From positions 24,699 through 88,698 of the forward strand of contig CAXXNH010000064.1 in assembly GCA_963665435.2 (NCBI GenBank): a DNA stretch of 64,000 bases. Direction: 5' to 3'. Numbering within the stretch: position 1 is the stretch's first letter; each line of letters begins with the position of its first letter. Positions 28,240 through 38,745 of this stretch are shown here, piece by piece. The position numbers and the translations under genes are program-made. The notes below the pieces were generated by a model. That model was not told the origin of the DNA. It saw nothing but the letters and a program-made list of their open reading frames with translations, and did no database searches. Source of the DNA: an uncultured Pleomorphomonas sp. (GTDB taxonomy: Bacteria; Pseudomonadota; Alphaproteobacteria; Rhizobiales; Pleomorphomonadaceae).

Positions 28240-29184
28240 ATGTGCCTTGCCTGCGATTACACCATCCATCGCCGCGATCATCATTATGGCTGGAGCCGCG
28301 ACTTCACACCGGCCGTCGTGGCGAAATCCGGTTCGACCATCCATTTCGAGTGTCTCGACAGCTCCGGCGGTCAGCTCGGCACGGGCTCGACGGTAGCCGA
28401 TGTGGTCAATCTCGATTTCGCCAAGGTCAACCCGGTCACCGGTCCGGTCTACGTGGAAGGCGCCGAACCCGGCGACGTGCTGAAGGTAGAGATTCGCGAG
28501 TTCGTTCCATCCGGCATCGGCTGGACGGCGGTGATCCCCGGCTTCGGTCTTCTGGCCGACCAGTTCACCGATCCGGCGTTGCACGTCTGGACATACGAGC
28601 CCGGCACGATGGCACCTTCGTTGTTCGGTCCCGGCGGCAGCGTTCCGCTCAAGCCGTTCGCCGGCACCATCGGCGTCGCACCAGCCGAGCCGGGCGTCCA
28701 CTCGGTCGTACCGCCGCGCCGCGTTGGCGGCAATCTCGACATCCGCGATCTCTCCTCGGGCGTGACGCTCTACCTGCCGGTCGAGGTCGAGGGCGCCTTG
28801 TTCTCGGTCGGCGACACACACGCCGCCCAGGGTGACGGCGAGGTTTGCGGCACGGCCATCGAAAGCGCCATGAACGTCACGCTGACGCTGAGCGTTCTGA
28901 AGGGGCAGAAGCTCGAAAGCCCCCGCTTTACGACGCCGGGGCCGGTTACGCGCCACCTCGACGCTGCCGGCTACGAGGTGACGACCGGGGTCGGCCCCGA
29001 TCTCCTGACGGCGTCGCGCGAAGCGCTTAGCCGGATGATCGACCTTCTCTCCGCCGAGCACGGCTACAATCCGTCCGACGCCTACATGCTCTGCTCGGTC
29101 GCTGGCGACCTCCGCATTTCCGAGATCGTCGACATGCCCAACGTGGTGGTGAGCTTCTATTTCCCGAGGATCGTGCTGTCGTGA
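28240..29184 (+). CDS. Acetamidase/formamidase family protein
   Basis: NPVTGPVYVEGAEPGD, GGNLD, GDTHAAQGDGEVCGTAIE. Confidence 0.93.
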   Translation: MCLACDYTIHRRDHHYGWSRDFTPAVVAKSGSTIHFECLDSSGGQLGTGSTVADVVNLDFAKVNPVTGPVYVEGAEPGDVLKVEIREFVPSGIGWTAVIPGFGLLADQFTDPALHVWTYEPGTMAPSLFGPGGSVPLKPFAGTIGVAPAEPGVHSVVPPRRVGGNLDIRDLSSGVTLYLPVEVEGALFSVGDTHAAQGDGEVCGTAIESAMNVTLTLSVLKGQKLESPRFTTPGPVTRHLDAAGYEVTTGVGPDLLTASREALSRMIDLLSAEHGYNPSDAYMLCSVAGDLRISEIVDMPNVVVSFYFPRIVLS

Positions 29185-30883
29185 CGGATATGAGCGGAGA
29201 CTTCAGGGCAGCACCGGTGCTCAGCGTCGAAGGGCTGGACCGTCGACGCGCTGACCGATCGCGGCGCAAAGCGCGTGCTCGACGGCTGTGAGCTTCGATC
29301 TGGCGGCGGGAGAGACGCTCTGCCTTGCCGGCGAAAGCGGCTCCGGCAAGTCGGTCACGTCGCTGTCCGTCATGCGGCTTCTGCCCCGCGCCTCGCTGCG
29401 CATCGTCTCCGGCTCGATCAAGCTTGAGGATCGCGACCTCACCGGCCTCAGCGAGCGGGCCATGCGGGAGGTGCGCGGTCGCGACGTCGCCATGATCTTC
29501 CAGGAGCCGATGACATCGCTCAACCCGGTGATGACCATCGGCAAGCAGCTCGTCGAACCCATCCTGATCCACCAGGGCGGCAACGAGGCCTCGGCCCGAG
29601 CTCAGGCACTGCGCATGCTGGAGGCGGTGCAGATCACCGAGCCAACACGACGCCTCGGCCAATATCCGCACGAGCTCTCGGGCGGCATGCGCCAGCGGGT
29701 GATGATCGCCATGGCGCTGTCCTGCCAGCCCAAGGTGCTGATCGCCGACGAGCCCACCACGGCCCTCGACGTCACAGTGCAGGCGCAGATCCTGAAGTTG
29801 ATGCGCGAGCTGAAGGGCGAGTTCGGCACATCCACCATCCTCATCACCCATGACATGGGCGTGGTCGCCGAGATGGCCGATCGGGTCGCTGTCATGAAGG
29901 ATGGGCGCCTCGTCGAAGTCGGCTCGGCGGTGGACATTTTCGAGCGTCCGACCCAGACCTATACGCGCGAGCTGATCGCCGCCGTCCCGCGCATCGGCGC
30001 CCGCACCGGCACCGACGGCCCGCCGGCCGTCACGGCGGAGGCAAAGGCGGCGCAACGGACCGAGAAGTCGTTGGAGCCGGTCCTTGCCGTCCAGAATCTC
30101 AAGGTTACCTATGGCGCCCGTGCCAGCCTGTTCGGTCGCAAGCCGGGCCAGCTCGCGGTCGACGGCGTCTCCTTCGAGCTGCGCGCCGGACGAACGCTCG
30201 GCCTCGTCGGCGAGAGCGGCTCGGGAAAGTCGACCACCGGCAAGGCCGTGCTTGGCCTGATCCCTTACGAAGGCTATGTCGCCATTGGCGGCGAAGAGTT
30301 GATGGATTTCTCGGTCAAAGCGATGCGGCCGGTCCGTCGCCTCGCCCAGATGATCTTCCAGGACCCCTACGCCTCGCTCGACAGCCGCATGACCGTTGGC
30401 GCCGCCATCGCCGAGCCCATGGCGATCCACGGCATCGGCGACCGGTCCGACCGCGCCGACCGTGTCGCTGAGCTGTTGCGGCGCGTCGGCCTGCCCCCGG
30501 ATGTGGCGAGCCGCTACCCGCACGAGTTCTCCGGCGGCCAGCGCCAGCGCATCTGCATCGCCCGCGCGCTGTCGCTGAAACCGAAGCTGATCGTCGCCGA
30601 CGAGAGCGTCGCGGCTCTCGACGTGTCGGTCCGGGCCAAGGTGCTCGATCTGATGCTGGAGTTGCAGGAAACCGAAGGACTGGCCTATCTGTTCATCTCG
30701 CACGACATGGCGGTCATCGAGCGCATGTCGCACGACGTCGCGGTGATGAACGGCGGACGGATCGTCGAGCACGGCCCGCGCCGCGCCGTGTTCGAACATC
30801 CCGGACAGGATTACACCCGCCGGCTGATCGCCGCCGTTCCGATCCCCGACCCGTCCCGGCGCCGCCTGGCCATGGCCGGCTGA
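29181..30883 (+). CDS. Fused dual-NBD peptide ABC ATPase; 5' end interrupted by two +1 frameshifts
   Basis: Two GESGSGKS motifs, LSGGMRQR and FSGGQRQR; intact frame only from 29288; extra bases at ~29238 and 29287. Confidence 0.85.
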
Positions 30884-30931
30884 GAGAGATGAACGAGGGG
30901 CCGTGAGCCCCTCGCAGCCACCAGTGGTCCG

Positions 30932-31678
30932 TCAGCGCTTCATCAGCGCGAACACGCCCCACCCCAGATACTCGCGGGTGTAGGCGACGTAGCGGGCGGG
31001 TTCCGAGGTGAGCATGGCGCGCACCTCGCCCGCCAGTTCGTCGTCCGGGTTGGCGTCGAGCCAGCGGCGCATGGTCAGCCATTTGGCCGCCTCGTAGCGG
31101 TCCCAGCCGTCCTGATTGGCCAGAACCATTTCGACGACGTCGCAGCCGAGCGCGCCGAAGGAGGCGAGGAGATCCGGCAGCAAGAGGAAGTCGGAGACCG
31201 CGTGGGCAAGACAGCTCTTCGCGACCTCGTCCGTTGCCGGCAGTCGCCGCCAGTAGGGCTCGCCGATCAGGATGATGCCGCCGGGACGCAGGCTCCGCGA
31301 CAACAGGTCGATCGAGCCGCCGACGCCACCGGCGATCCAGGTGGCGCCGACACAGGCCGCCACGTCGACCTTCTCGTCGGAGACATGACCGGCGGCGTCG
31401 CCATGAACGAACGCGACCTTGTCGGCGACGCCGAGTTCCACGGCACGGCGCTTCGCCTGCTCGGTGAAAAGGCCGCTCAGATCGACGCCTGTGCCGACGA
31501 CGCCATGATCGCGCGCCCAGGTGCACAGCATCTCGCCCGAGCCGCTGCCAAGGTCGAGGACGCGCGCGCCCGGCTCCAGACGCAACGCCGCGCCGAGCGC
31601 GGCCAGCTTGTCCGGGGTCATCGGGTTATGGATGCGATGGGCGCTTTCGGTGATGTTGAATATCCGCGGAATATCCAT
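30932..31678 (-). CDS. Class I SAM-dependent methyltransferase (YjhP-like)
   Basis: MDIPRIFNITESAHRIHNP, VLDLGSGSG, TREYLGWGVFAL. Confidence 0.9.
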   Translation of the reverse strand: MDIPRIFNITESAHRIHNPMTPDKLAALGAALRLEPGARVLDLGSGSGEMLCTWARDHGVVGTGVDLSGLFTEQAKRRAVELGVADKVAFVHGDAAGHVSDEKVDVAACVGATWIAGGVGGSIDLLSRSLRPGGIILIGEPYWRRLPATDEVAKSCLAHAVSDFLLLPDLLASFGALGCDVVEMVLANQDGWDRYEAAKWLTMRRWLDANPDDELAGEVRAMLTSEPARYVAYTREYLGWGVFALMKR

Positions 31679-31756
31679 GGTGGGCCTCGCAAAGATTTTG
31701 AATTGATTCAAGACCCGTGCGGGATAGACCTCCGAAGCGGAATGTCCACACATTCT

Positions 31757-32098
31757 TTAGTAGAGACGCCCGCCGACCACCGCGTCCTTGTCCGGCGCCA
31801 CCAGCACCACGTGTCCGTCGGCATCGGGCACGCCAAGCGTCAAAACTTCCGAGCGCATCGGACCGATCTGCTTGGGTGGGAAGTTGACGACGCCCAGCAC
31901 CAGCCGCCCCACGAGATCCTCGACCTTGTAGTTCTCGGTGATCTGCGCCGATGACCGCCGCTCGCCAATCTCCGGCCCGAAGTCGATGCGCAGCTTGTAG
32001 GCCGGCCGCCGCGCCTCCTTGAACACCTCGGCCGCAATGATGCGGCCGACGCGGATGTCGACTTTCAGGAAGTCGTCGTAGCCGATGGTGTCGCTCAC
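31757..32098 (-). CDS. csaA: tRNA-binding/secretion chaperone CsaA
   Basis: DFLKVDIRVG, SSAQIT, VVNFPPKQIG. Confidence 0.9.
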   Translation of the reverse strand: MSDTIGYDDFLKVDIRVGRIIAAEVFKEARRPAYKLRIDFGPEIGERRSSAQITENYKVEDLVGRLVLGVVNFPPKQIGPMRSEVLTLGVPDADGHVVLVAPDKDAVVGGRLY

Positions 32099-32101
32099 CG
32101 T

Positions 32102-32923
32102 TCAGCCCGCCAGTTCGCGCGAGCGCTCGGCGGCGGCGGCGATCGCCGCGTCGACCAGCGGCTGCCAGCCCTCTTCGCCCATCAGCACGGCCAGTCCGGC
32201 GGCGGTGGTGCCGCCGGGCGAGGTGACGTTCTTCCGAAGCGTCGCGGCGTCGGTCGGCACACCGCCGAGAAGCGCGCCGGCGCCGACGACGGTCTGGCGG
32301 GCGAGCAGCATGGCGAGATCGGGCGCAAGCCCGGCCTTCTCGCCGGCCGCGGCCATCGCTTCGACCAGCAGGAAGACATAGGCGGGCCCACTACCCGACA
32401 GGCCGGTCACCGCGTCGATCAGCGACTCGTCCTGGATCCAGGCCGACTTGCCGACGGCGTTGAGCAAACTGGTCACGATGCGCCGGTGCGCCTCGGTGAC
32501 GGCGCCATTGCCAACGGCCACCGACATGCCCTGCCCCACCTGGGCTGGCGTATTCGGCATGACGCGGATGATCGGTCCGTCGCCGAGCGCCGCCGCGAGA
32601 TTGGCGAGCGTCGTGCCGGCGGCGATGGAGACCACCAGCGTCGATGGCCCCACCACGCGCTTCAGCGCCGGCAGCGCCTCGCCCATCTGCTGCGGCTTGA
32701 CGGCGAGCATCACCACATCGGCCGGCTCGGAGATGTCGGCGGCGTCCTTGTAGTGGGTGACAGAATACTCGATCAGCATCGAGAAGGCTTCGGAACCGAT
32801 GTGCGGATCGACGATCGACACCGACTTGGGGTTTATCCCCTTCTTGAGCCAGCCGTGCAGCATGGCGCCGCCCATCTTGCCGGCACCGACGAGCACGAGC
32901 GAACCGATTTCCGAGAATGGCAT
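32102..32923 (-). CDS. proC: Pyrroline-5-carboxylate reductase
   Basis: GAGKMG, AVKPQ, RVMPNTP, SGSGPAY, VTSPGGTT. Confidence 0.96.
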   Translation of the reverse strand: MPFSEIGSLVLVGAGKMGGAMLHGWLKKGINPKSVSIVDPHIGSEAFSMLIEYSVTHYKDAADISEPADVVMLAVKPQQMGEALPALKRVVGPSTLVVSIAAGTTLANLAAALGDGPIIRVMPNTPAQVGQGMSVAVGNGAVTEAHRRIVTSLLNAVGKSAWIQDESLIDAVTGLSGSGPAYVFLLVEAMAAAGEKAGLAPDLAMLLARQTVVGAGALLGGVPTDAATLRKNVTSPGGTTAAGLAVLMGEEGWQPLVDAAIAAAAERSRELAG

Positions 32924-33393
32924 GATGATCTCCCCGTCCGGCCCCGACCTCATGCGCGGGACTGGCGACCCAACTGCTTCCGGTCTGCCACAAATCGGCT
33001 CGTCAGAAAAGCCAAGGCAGGGCGGGCAAGGGGCGAGAAGACCCCGAATCGCCGAACGTCCAATCTCACCGTCGCGCCCGCCATCCTTCAGGGCGGCCGC
33101 ATTTATGGTTAATCGAATGTGACCGCCAATCGCGAAAACGTGATAATATTCATTTGTATTAAATTTCGATTTATGCTCCGTTTCAGATCAGTAACCATAC
33201 TGTTGCATCAATACATCAGCCAAAATGCGCCGTCATCTTGCCCTGATTTTGTCAAAATCTCGCATGGACATCGCCTCAATTGGTCATCATCTTCACCTCA
33301 TCGAACAGCCGGGCAGAGATTGCTTACGGCCAGATGGAAAGCGTGCGGGACTTCCTCCCAGTATCACCGCACCGGATGTAAGGAGTGAATGTA

Positions 33394-34002
33394 ATGAGCA
33401 AGCTGCTTCTTGGCGCCGTCGCCGGTTCGGCCATTCTTCTGTCGGCTCCGGTTTTCGCCGCCGATCTCAATGAGCCGATCCCCCAGGCCCCCTATGCCGC
33501 CCCGGTGGCCAGCAGCACCTTCGACTGGACCGGCGCCTACGTCGGCGCCAATGCCGGCTACAGCTGGGCCAACCAGGCCTCGGGCGTCGGCAAGGACCAT
33601 GACGGTGCCGTTGGTGGCGTGTTCGCCGGCTATAACTACCAGATGCCGAACAACATCGTCGTCGGCGGTGAAGGTGAAGTCGCCTACGGTGGCGCCGATC
33701 CGCTGGCCACCTGGACGGGCGCCATCCGCGGCCGCGCCGGCTACGCCTTCGACAACATCCTGGTCTACGGCGCCGTCGGTGGCCTGGTCGGCCAGGGCGA
33801 GATGAAGACCAGCTCCGGCGACCAGACCCGGACCCACGTCGGCTATCAGGTCGGCGCCGGTATCGAAGCCGCTCTGACCACCAACGTCACGGCCCGCGCC
33901 GAGTATCTCTACACCGGCACCAACAGCCGCGACTACAACGGCGGCGTCAAGGGCGACCTCGACGGCAACGCCGTCAAGGTCGGCATCGGCTACAAGTTCT
34001 GA
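33394..34002 (+). CDS. Omp25/RopB-family outer membrane protein
   Basis: Signal ...AADL, FDWTGAYVG, GAGIE, ARAEYLY, C-terminal GIGYKF. Confidence 0.92.
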   Translation: MSKLLLGAVAGSAILLSAPVFAADLNEPIPQAPYAAPVASSTFDWTGAYVGANAGYSWANQASGVGKDHDGAVGGVFAGYNYQMPNNIVVGGEGEVAYGGADPLATWTGAIRGRAGYAFDNILVYGAVGGLVGQGEMKTSSGDQTRTHVGYQVGAGIEAALTTNVTARAEYLYTGTNSRDYNGGVKGDLDGNAVKVGIGYKF

Positions 34003-34022
34003 TCCCTCTTCGGATCGAATGG

Positions 34023-34058
34023 AAAGGCCCCGGCAGCTTCGGCTACCGGGGCCTTTTT
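34023..34058. terminator. Bidirectional intrinsic terminator
   Basis: AAAGGCCCCGG...CCGGGGCCTTTTT. Confidence 0.88.
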
Positions 34059-34075
34059 CTATTGGTGGCCTTGCC

Positions 34076-34720
34076 TTATGCCGCGATCGAGCCGTCGCGC
34101 ATGGTGGCCGCGAGGGTCTTCGCCAGATCCGCCCTGCCGAACGGCACGCAATAGGCCGGCGTTCCCCGCTCGAACCGCCATCCCTCGGACAACGGCCCGA
34201 CATCCAGCGCATCGAAGCCGAAGGCCTCGTAGAGCCCGGTGACGACCGATTTCGCCTCCATGTCATCGCCCACCAGCGGCAGGGCGCGCCGGTCGGGCGC
34301 CCCCGCCGGCCGGCCGTCGCTTTCGAGATCCTTCATGGTGATGGCGTTGAACGCCTTGACGATCCTCGACCGAGGCAGGTGATCGGCCAGCAGTTCGCTG
34401 GTCGTCGTCGCCCGCGCGTCGAGCTCGGGAAACCGTCCGTCCCGCTCGGGATAGTAGTTGTTGGTGTCGATCACGATCTTGCCGGCGAGCGGCTCGACCG
34501 GAACCGACCGATAGGCCGAAAGCGGGATGGCGACCACGACGACGTCGCCGAACGCCACGGCCTCGGCCACCGTGCCGACCTCGCCGCCCACCGCGTGGGG
34601 CAGGCTGAACAGGGTCTCGGGGCCCCGTGAGTTGCTGAGCATCACCTGGTGGCCCGCCTGGACCGCCAGCTTGCCGATGGCGCGCCCGACAAAGCCCGCG
34701 CCGATGATTCCGATTTTCAT
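34076..34720 (-). CDS. NADPH-dependent F420 reductase-like (NADP oxidoreductase) protein
   Basis: GIIGAGFVG, SNSRGPE, DTNNYYP, VKAFN. Confidence 0.9.
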   Translation of the reverse strand: MKIGIIGAGFVGRAIGKLAVQAGHQVMLSNSRGPETLFSLPHAVGGEVGTVAEAVAFGDVVVVAIPLSAYRSVPVEPLAGKIVIDTNNYYPERDGRFPELDARATTTSELLADHLPRSRIVKAFNAITMKDLESDGRPAGAPDRRALPLVGDDMEAKSVVTGLYEAFGFDALDVGPLSEGWRFERGTPAYCVPFGRADLAKTLAATMRDGSIAA

Positions 34721-34823
34721 AACTGAGTCTCCGTGTGTGCCCGTCACATGGAGGTTTAATTGATCTTCAAAGAGCGATAAATTCTCACAAACGAACGACA
34801 TTCAACACCAAAAGGAGTTAATC

Positions 34824-35738
34824 GTGGATCGGCTCACCAGCATGGCGGTCTTCGTGAAGGCCTCCGATCTCGGCTCCTTCGCATCCGCCGCCGAGGCCAT
34901 GGGCATGTCGCCCCAGATGGTGGCCAAGCACGTGGTCTTTCTGGAGGACCGGCTTGGCGCCACCCTGCTTCACCGCACCACGCGCCGGCAAAGCCTGACC
35001 GACGTCGGGCGCGCCTATTACGACCGCTGCAAGCTGGTGCTGGCCGAAGCCGAGGCGGCCGACACGCTGGCGCTCGACATGCGGTCGCGGCCGGAAGGCG
35101 TACTGCGGGTCAACGCGCCGGTGACCTTCGGCTCCTTCAGCCTCGCCCCCTTCGTCACGCGCTATCTCGACCGCTACCCCGGCATGCGGGTCGATCTGAC
35201 GCTCAACGACCGCTTCATCGACCCGCTGGAAGAGGCCTTCGAGGTGATGATCCGCGTCGGCGAGGTCGACGACAACGCGCTGATCGCCCATCCGCTGGCG
35301 CCCTATCGACTCATCGCCTGCGCCGCGCCCGCCTATCTTCAGCGACGCGGCACGCCAAAGACGCCGGCCGAGCTCGAAACGCACGATTGCCTCGCCTACG
35401 GCTACTGGTCACCCAGCATTCCCTGCCGATGGCTGTTCTCGCGCCATGGCAAGACCGAGGAAGTCAGGGCGAACGGGCGCTTCCGCAGCAACGACTGGAA
35501 GGCCCTGCTGCACGCCGCCGTCGAGGGCTTCGGCGTGACGCTGGGTCCGGAGAGCATATTGACCGGCGAGATCGCCGCCGGCCGCCTCGTGCGCGTGCTG
35601 CCGGACTACGAGGGACCAGCCAAGCCCATGCACGTTCTCTACCCCGCCGGTCGCAGGCCGACCGTCAAGCTTCGCAGCTTCGTCGATGCCGTGGTCGAAG
35701 AGTTCGGACCGGCAGCCAGGGCGAACCCGCAGCGGTAA
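34824..35738 (+). CDS. LysR-family regulator (CrgA/DmlR-like)
   Basis: MDRLTSMAVFV...LEDRLGATLLHRTTRRQSLT. Confidence 0.93.
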   Translation: MDRLTSMAVFVKASDLGSFASAAEAMGMSPQMVAKHVVFLEDRLGATLLHRTTRRQSLTDVGRAYYDRCKLVLAEAEAADTLALDMRSRPEGVLRVNAPVTFGSFSLAPFVTRYLDRYPGMRVDLTLNDRFIDPLEEAFEVMIRVGEVDDNALIAHPLAPYRLIACAAPAYLQRRGTPKTPAELETHDCLAYGYWSPSIPCRWLFSRHGKTEEVRANGRFRSNDWKALLHAAVEGFGVTLGPESILTGEIAAGRLVRVLPDYEGPAKPMHVLYPAGRRPTVKLRSFVDAVVEEFGPAARANPQR

Positions 35739-35839
35739 AGCGTCGGCAGGAAGCGGCACGAGACGTGCAAGTCCTTTGTTGCAAAGGAAAACCCGCTTTG
35801 CGACTATGTGTCGCCCGGGTCGCTGGAAGGACGTCGGAT

Positions 35840-36724
35840 TTGGTCGCAGATTCCCCAAACGGTGATGGACCTCTGAGCGGGGTGGAGCGCGAACTGGAAG
35901 CCACGGCGGCGACCGGTACGCCGGCCGAGCGCCGACTGGCCCGCTTCTTCATCGACAACCTCGCCAACCTGCCTTTCGAGACGGCCGCCTCGATCGGCCA
36001 GCAACTGCACCTCAGCCCGATGACGGTCAGTCGCTTTCTGCGCCGGCTCGGCTTTCAGGGTCTCGACGGACTGAAGACCGAGCTGCGGCTGCGCGCCACC
36101 ACCACCGCGTGGCAGGTGATCGACACGCCGGATATCCTGAGGCGCGACCTTCAGAACGGCCAGTTGCTGGCCGAGGTGATGACCGACCAGATCGAAACGC
36201 TGCACCGGCTCTACGCGCTGTCCAAGCAACCCGCCTGGGCCGAGGCGGTCGGGCTGCTGCTGGCCGCCCGCGAGGTGTTCGTCGCCAGCTACCAGAACAT
36301 CGGCGGCATCGCCCGCTACTTCGCCGAACAGCTCGCCTATGCCCGCGACGGCGTGCGCTATCTCGACGGCCTCAACGGCACCTACGCCGAGCTGCTCGAC
36401 CATCCGCCGGAGGGCACGCTGCTGGTTCTCATCGACTGCCGGCGCTATGCCAGCAAGTCACGAATCCTGGCGCGTGAGGCGGTCGCGGCCGGCCATCGGC
36501 TCTTGGTGGTCACCGACCAGTACTGCGACTGGGCGGGCGAGGATCAGTGCACCCTGACGCTGCCGGCGACGCGCTCGCGCACCTGGGACAACTTCATGTC
36601 GCTGGCCGCTCTGCTCGACTTCCTGATGACCTCGGTGATCGCCGACGGCGGCGACGAGGTGCGGCGGCGCACCCAGCGCATCACCCGCCTTCAGGACATG
36701 TTCGGAGACTTCGAAAAGCGCTGA
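35840..36724 (+). CDS. MurR/RpiR-family regulator
   Basis: TPAERRLARF...FETAASI...SPMTVSRFLRRLGF HTH plus SIS domain; TTG start inferred. Confidence 0.88.
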   Translation: MVADSPNGDGPLSGVERELEATAATGTPAERRLARFFIDNLANLPFETAASIGQQLHLSPMTVSRFLRRLGFQGLDGLKTELRLRATTTAWQVIDTPDILRRDLQNGQLLAEVMTDQIETLHRLYALSKQPAWAEAVGLLLAAREVFVASYQNIGGIARYFAEQLAYARDGVRYLDGLNGTYAELLDHPPEGTLLVLIDCRRYASKSRILAREAVAAGHRLLVVTDQYCDWAGEDQCTLTLPATRSRTWDNFMSLAALLDFLMTSVIADGGDEVRRRTQRITRLQDMFGDFEKR

Positions 36725-36779
36725 ACCGCCGCCGATCTTCCAACCGGCGGCGGCCATTTTCTCTTCCGGGTCCGGCCGA

Positions 36780-37832
36780 TCAGTCGGCCTTCACCTTGGT
36801 CCACACGGCGTCCCACAGGCGGATGCCGTCGCCGAGATCCTGAACGAGGTTGAACAGCTTGAAGGTCGCTTCGTCCGGATAGAGCGCCTTGTTCTCGGTC
36901 AGCCCCTTGTCGATCAGCGGCATGGCCGCCTTGTTGGGCGAACCGCCGCGCAGCCAGTTGGTGTTCTTGGCCGACACCTCCGGGCGCATCATGTATTCGA
37001 AGAACAGCTTGGCCTCGGCGACATCAGGCGCGCTCTTCAGCAGGCACATGTCTTCCTGGAAGCCGTTGACGCCCTCGCGCGGCAGCACATATTCGACCTT
37101 GTCCTTGGCGGTATCGACCGTCTGGGCGGCCGAGCCCGACCACCACTGCGCCACGGCGAAGTCGCCATTGACCACCTTGTCGCCGATGCCGTCGGTCAGC
37201 ATGGCCGCCCAGTAGGGCTTGGCCTTGATGATGGTGTCGCGGGCCTTGGCCAACTCCTTCGGGTCGGTGGAGTTGATCGAGAAGCCATTGTAGATCAGTG
37301 CCGCGCCGACGGTCTCGCGCACGTCGTCCAGCATGGCGATCTTGCCCTTCAGCGCCTCCGGCGGATCGAACACCACCTTCCAGGTGTCGACCTCCTGGCC
37401 CTGGGTCATCGCCTTGTTGACCAGCAGGCCGGTCGAGCCCCAGTTGTAGGGCATGCAGGTCTGGTGATCGGGATCGGACTTGGCGCGGAAATACCTGTCG
37501 TCGATGTTCTCATGCCCCTTGAGGCTCTGCAGGCCGACCGGCTGCAAGAGGTCGAGGGAGGTCATGATGTCCTGCATGTGCACCGACGGAAAGACGATGT
37601 CGTAGCCGGTGGCGCCGGCCTGGATCTTGGCCAGCATCTCTTCGTTGTTGCCGTAGTTGTCGAGCGTGGTGGCGATGCCGGTCTCCTTGGAGAAATCCTC
37701 GACCACCTGGGGATCGATGTAGATCGACCAGTTGTAGAGGGCCAGCTTGCCCGCCGCCGCGGCGGGATGGACAAGGGCAAGGCTGGCGAGACAGGCGGCG
37801 GTCAACGATCCGAGGCAGCTTTTGCGGGTCAT
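36780..37832 (-). CDS. Polyamine-type ABC substrate-binding protein (PotD/PotF-like)
   Basis: LYNWSIYI, NEEMLAK, GYDIVFPS, PYNWG, PREG. Confidence 0.92.
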   Translation of the reverse strand: MTRKSCLGSLTAACLASLALVHPAAAAGKLALYNWSIYIDPQVVEDFSKETGIATTLDNYGNNEEMLAKIQAGATGYDIVFPSVHMQDIMTSLDLLQPVGLQSLKGHENIDDRYFRAKSDPDHQTCMPYNWGSTGLLVNKAMTQGQEVDTWKVVFDPPEALKGKIAMLDDVRETVGAALIYNGFSINSTDPKELAKARDTIIKAKPYWAAMLTDGIGDKVVNGDFAVAQWWSGSAAQTVDTAKDKVEYVLPREGVNGFQEDMCLLKSAPDVAEAKLFFEYMMRPEVSAKNTNWLRGGSPNKAAMPLIDKGLTENKALYPDEATFKLFNLVQDLGDGIRLWDAVWTKVKAD

Positions 37833-37875
37833 GGAACTCTCCCTGGCGGGGATGGTTGGGGCTGGTTTCGGCGGG

Positions 37876-38745
37876 TCAAAGGCTGGCGCCACGGTTGTCT
37901 CGCCTCAGGATGAGGGCGACGACGACGCAGAGCATGGACATGGCGACGATCAGCACCGACACGGCGTTGATCTCCGGCGACACGTTCCGCTTGATGGCGC
38001 TGAACAGGTAGATCGGCAGCGTCGTCGCCCCGACGCCGGTGGTGAAGAAGGCGATGACGAGGTCGTCGAAGGAGATGACCAGCGACAGCAGGAAGCCGCC
38101 GGCAATCGACGGCGCGAGCAGTGGCAGCGTCACCCGGCGGAAGGTCACCGACGGCTTGGCGCCGAGGTCGGCCGAGGCTTCGTCGAGGCTGCGGTCCATG
38201 CCGGCAAGACGGGCGCCGACCACCACCGTGACGTAGGAGGTGAGGAACAGCGTGTGGGCGGCGATCACCGAGCCCCGCCCCAGCGGCAGGCCGACCGACG
38301 ACAGGAACACCAGCAGCGCGATGCCGAGCACGATGTCCGGGATGATGATCGGCAGCATGACGAGGCCGCGATAGACCTCCTTGCCGGGAAACACCGCCCG
38401 GTCGAGACCGATGGCCGTCAGCGTGCCGACGACGGTGGCGATCGAGGCGGAAGCGAAGCCGACGAGCAGGCTGTTGATCACCGCCGGCGCCAGATTGGGA
38501 TCGGAGTAGAGCTGGGCGTTGCCGGCGGCGATCTGGGTCTGATCCTGCGACACGAGGCCGAGATTCTCGAACACGCGCGCGTACCAGTCGAAGGTGAAGC
38601 CCGTCCAGGTCATCATCGACACGTCGTTGGCGTTGAACGAGTAGACCACCAGCATGGCGATCGGCAGGTAGAGGAAGACGAAGAACAGCGCGACATGCAG
38701 GAACAGAAGGCCGCGACCGTTGCGGCTCCAGCGCGAAGAGCTCAT
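37876..38745 (-). CDS. Polyamine ABC permease (PotC-like)
   Basis: FLYLPI, SFN, LDEASADLGA, SFDD. Confidence 0.92.
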   Translation of the reverse strand: MSSSRWSRNGRGLLFLHVALFFVFLYLPIAMLVVYSFNANDVSMMTWTGFTFDWYARVFENLGLVSQDQTQIAAGNAQLYSDPNLAPAVINSLLVGFASASIATVVGTLTAIGLDRAVFPGKEVYRGLVMLPIIIPDIVLGIALLVFLSSVGLPLGRGSVIAAHTLFLTSYVTVVVGARLAGMDRSLDEASADLGAKPSVTFRRVTLPLLAPSIAGGFLLSLVISFDDLVIAFFTTGVGATTLPIYLFSAIKRNVSPEINAVSVLIVAMSMLCVVVALILRRDNRGASL

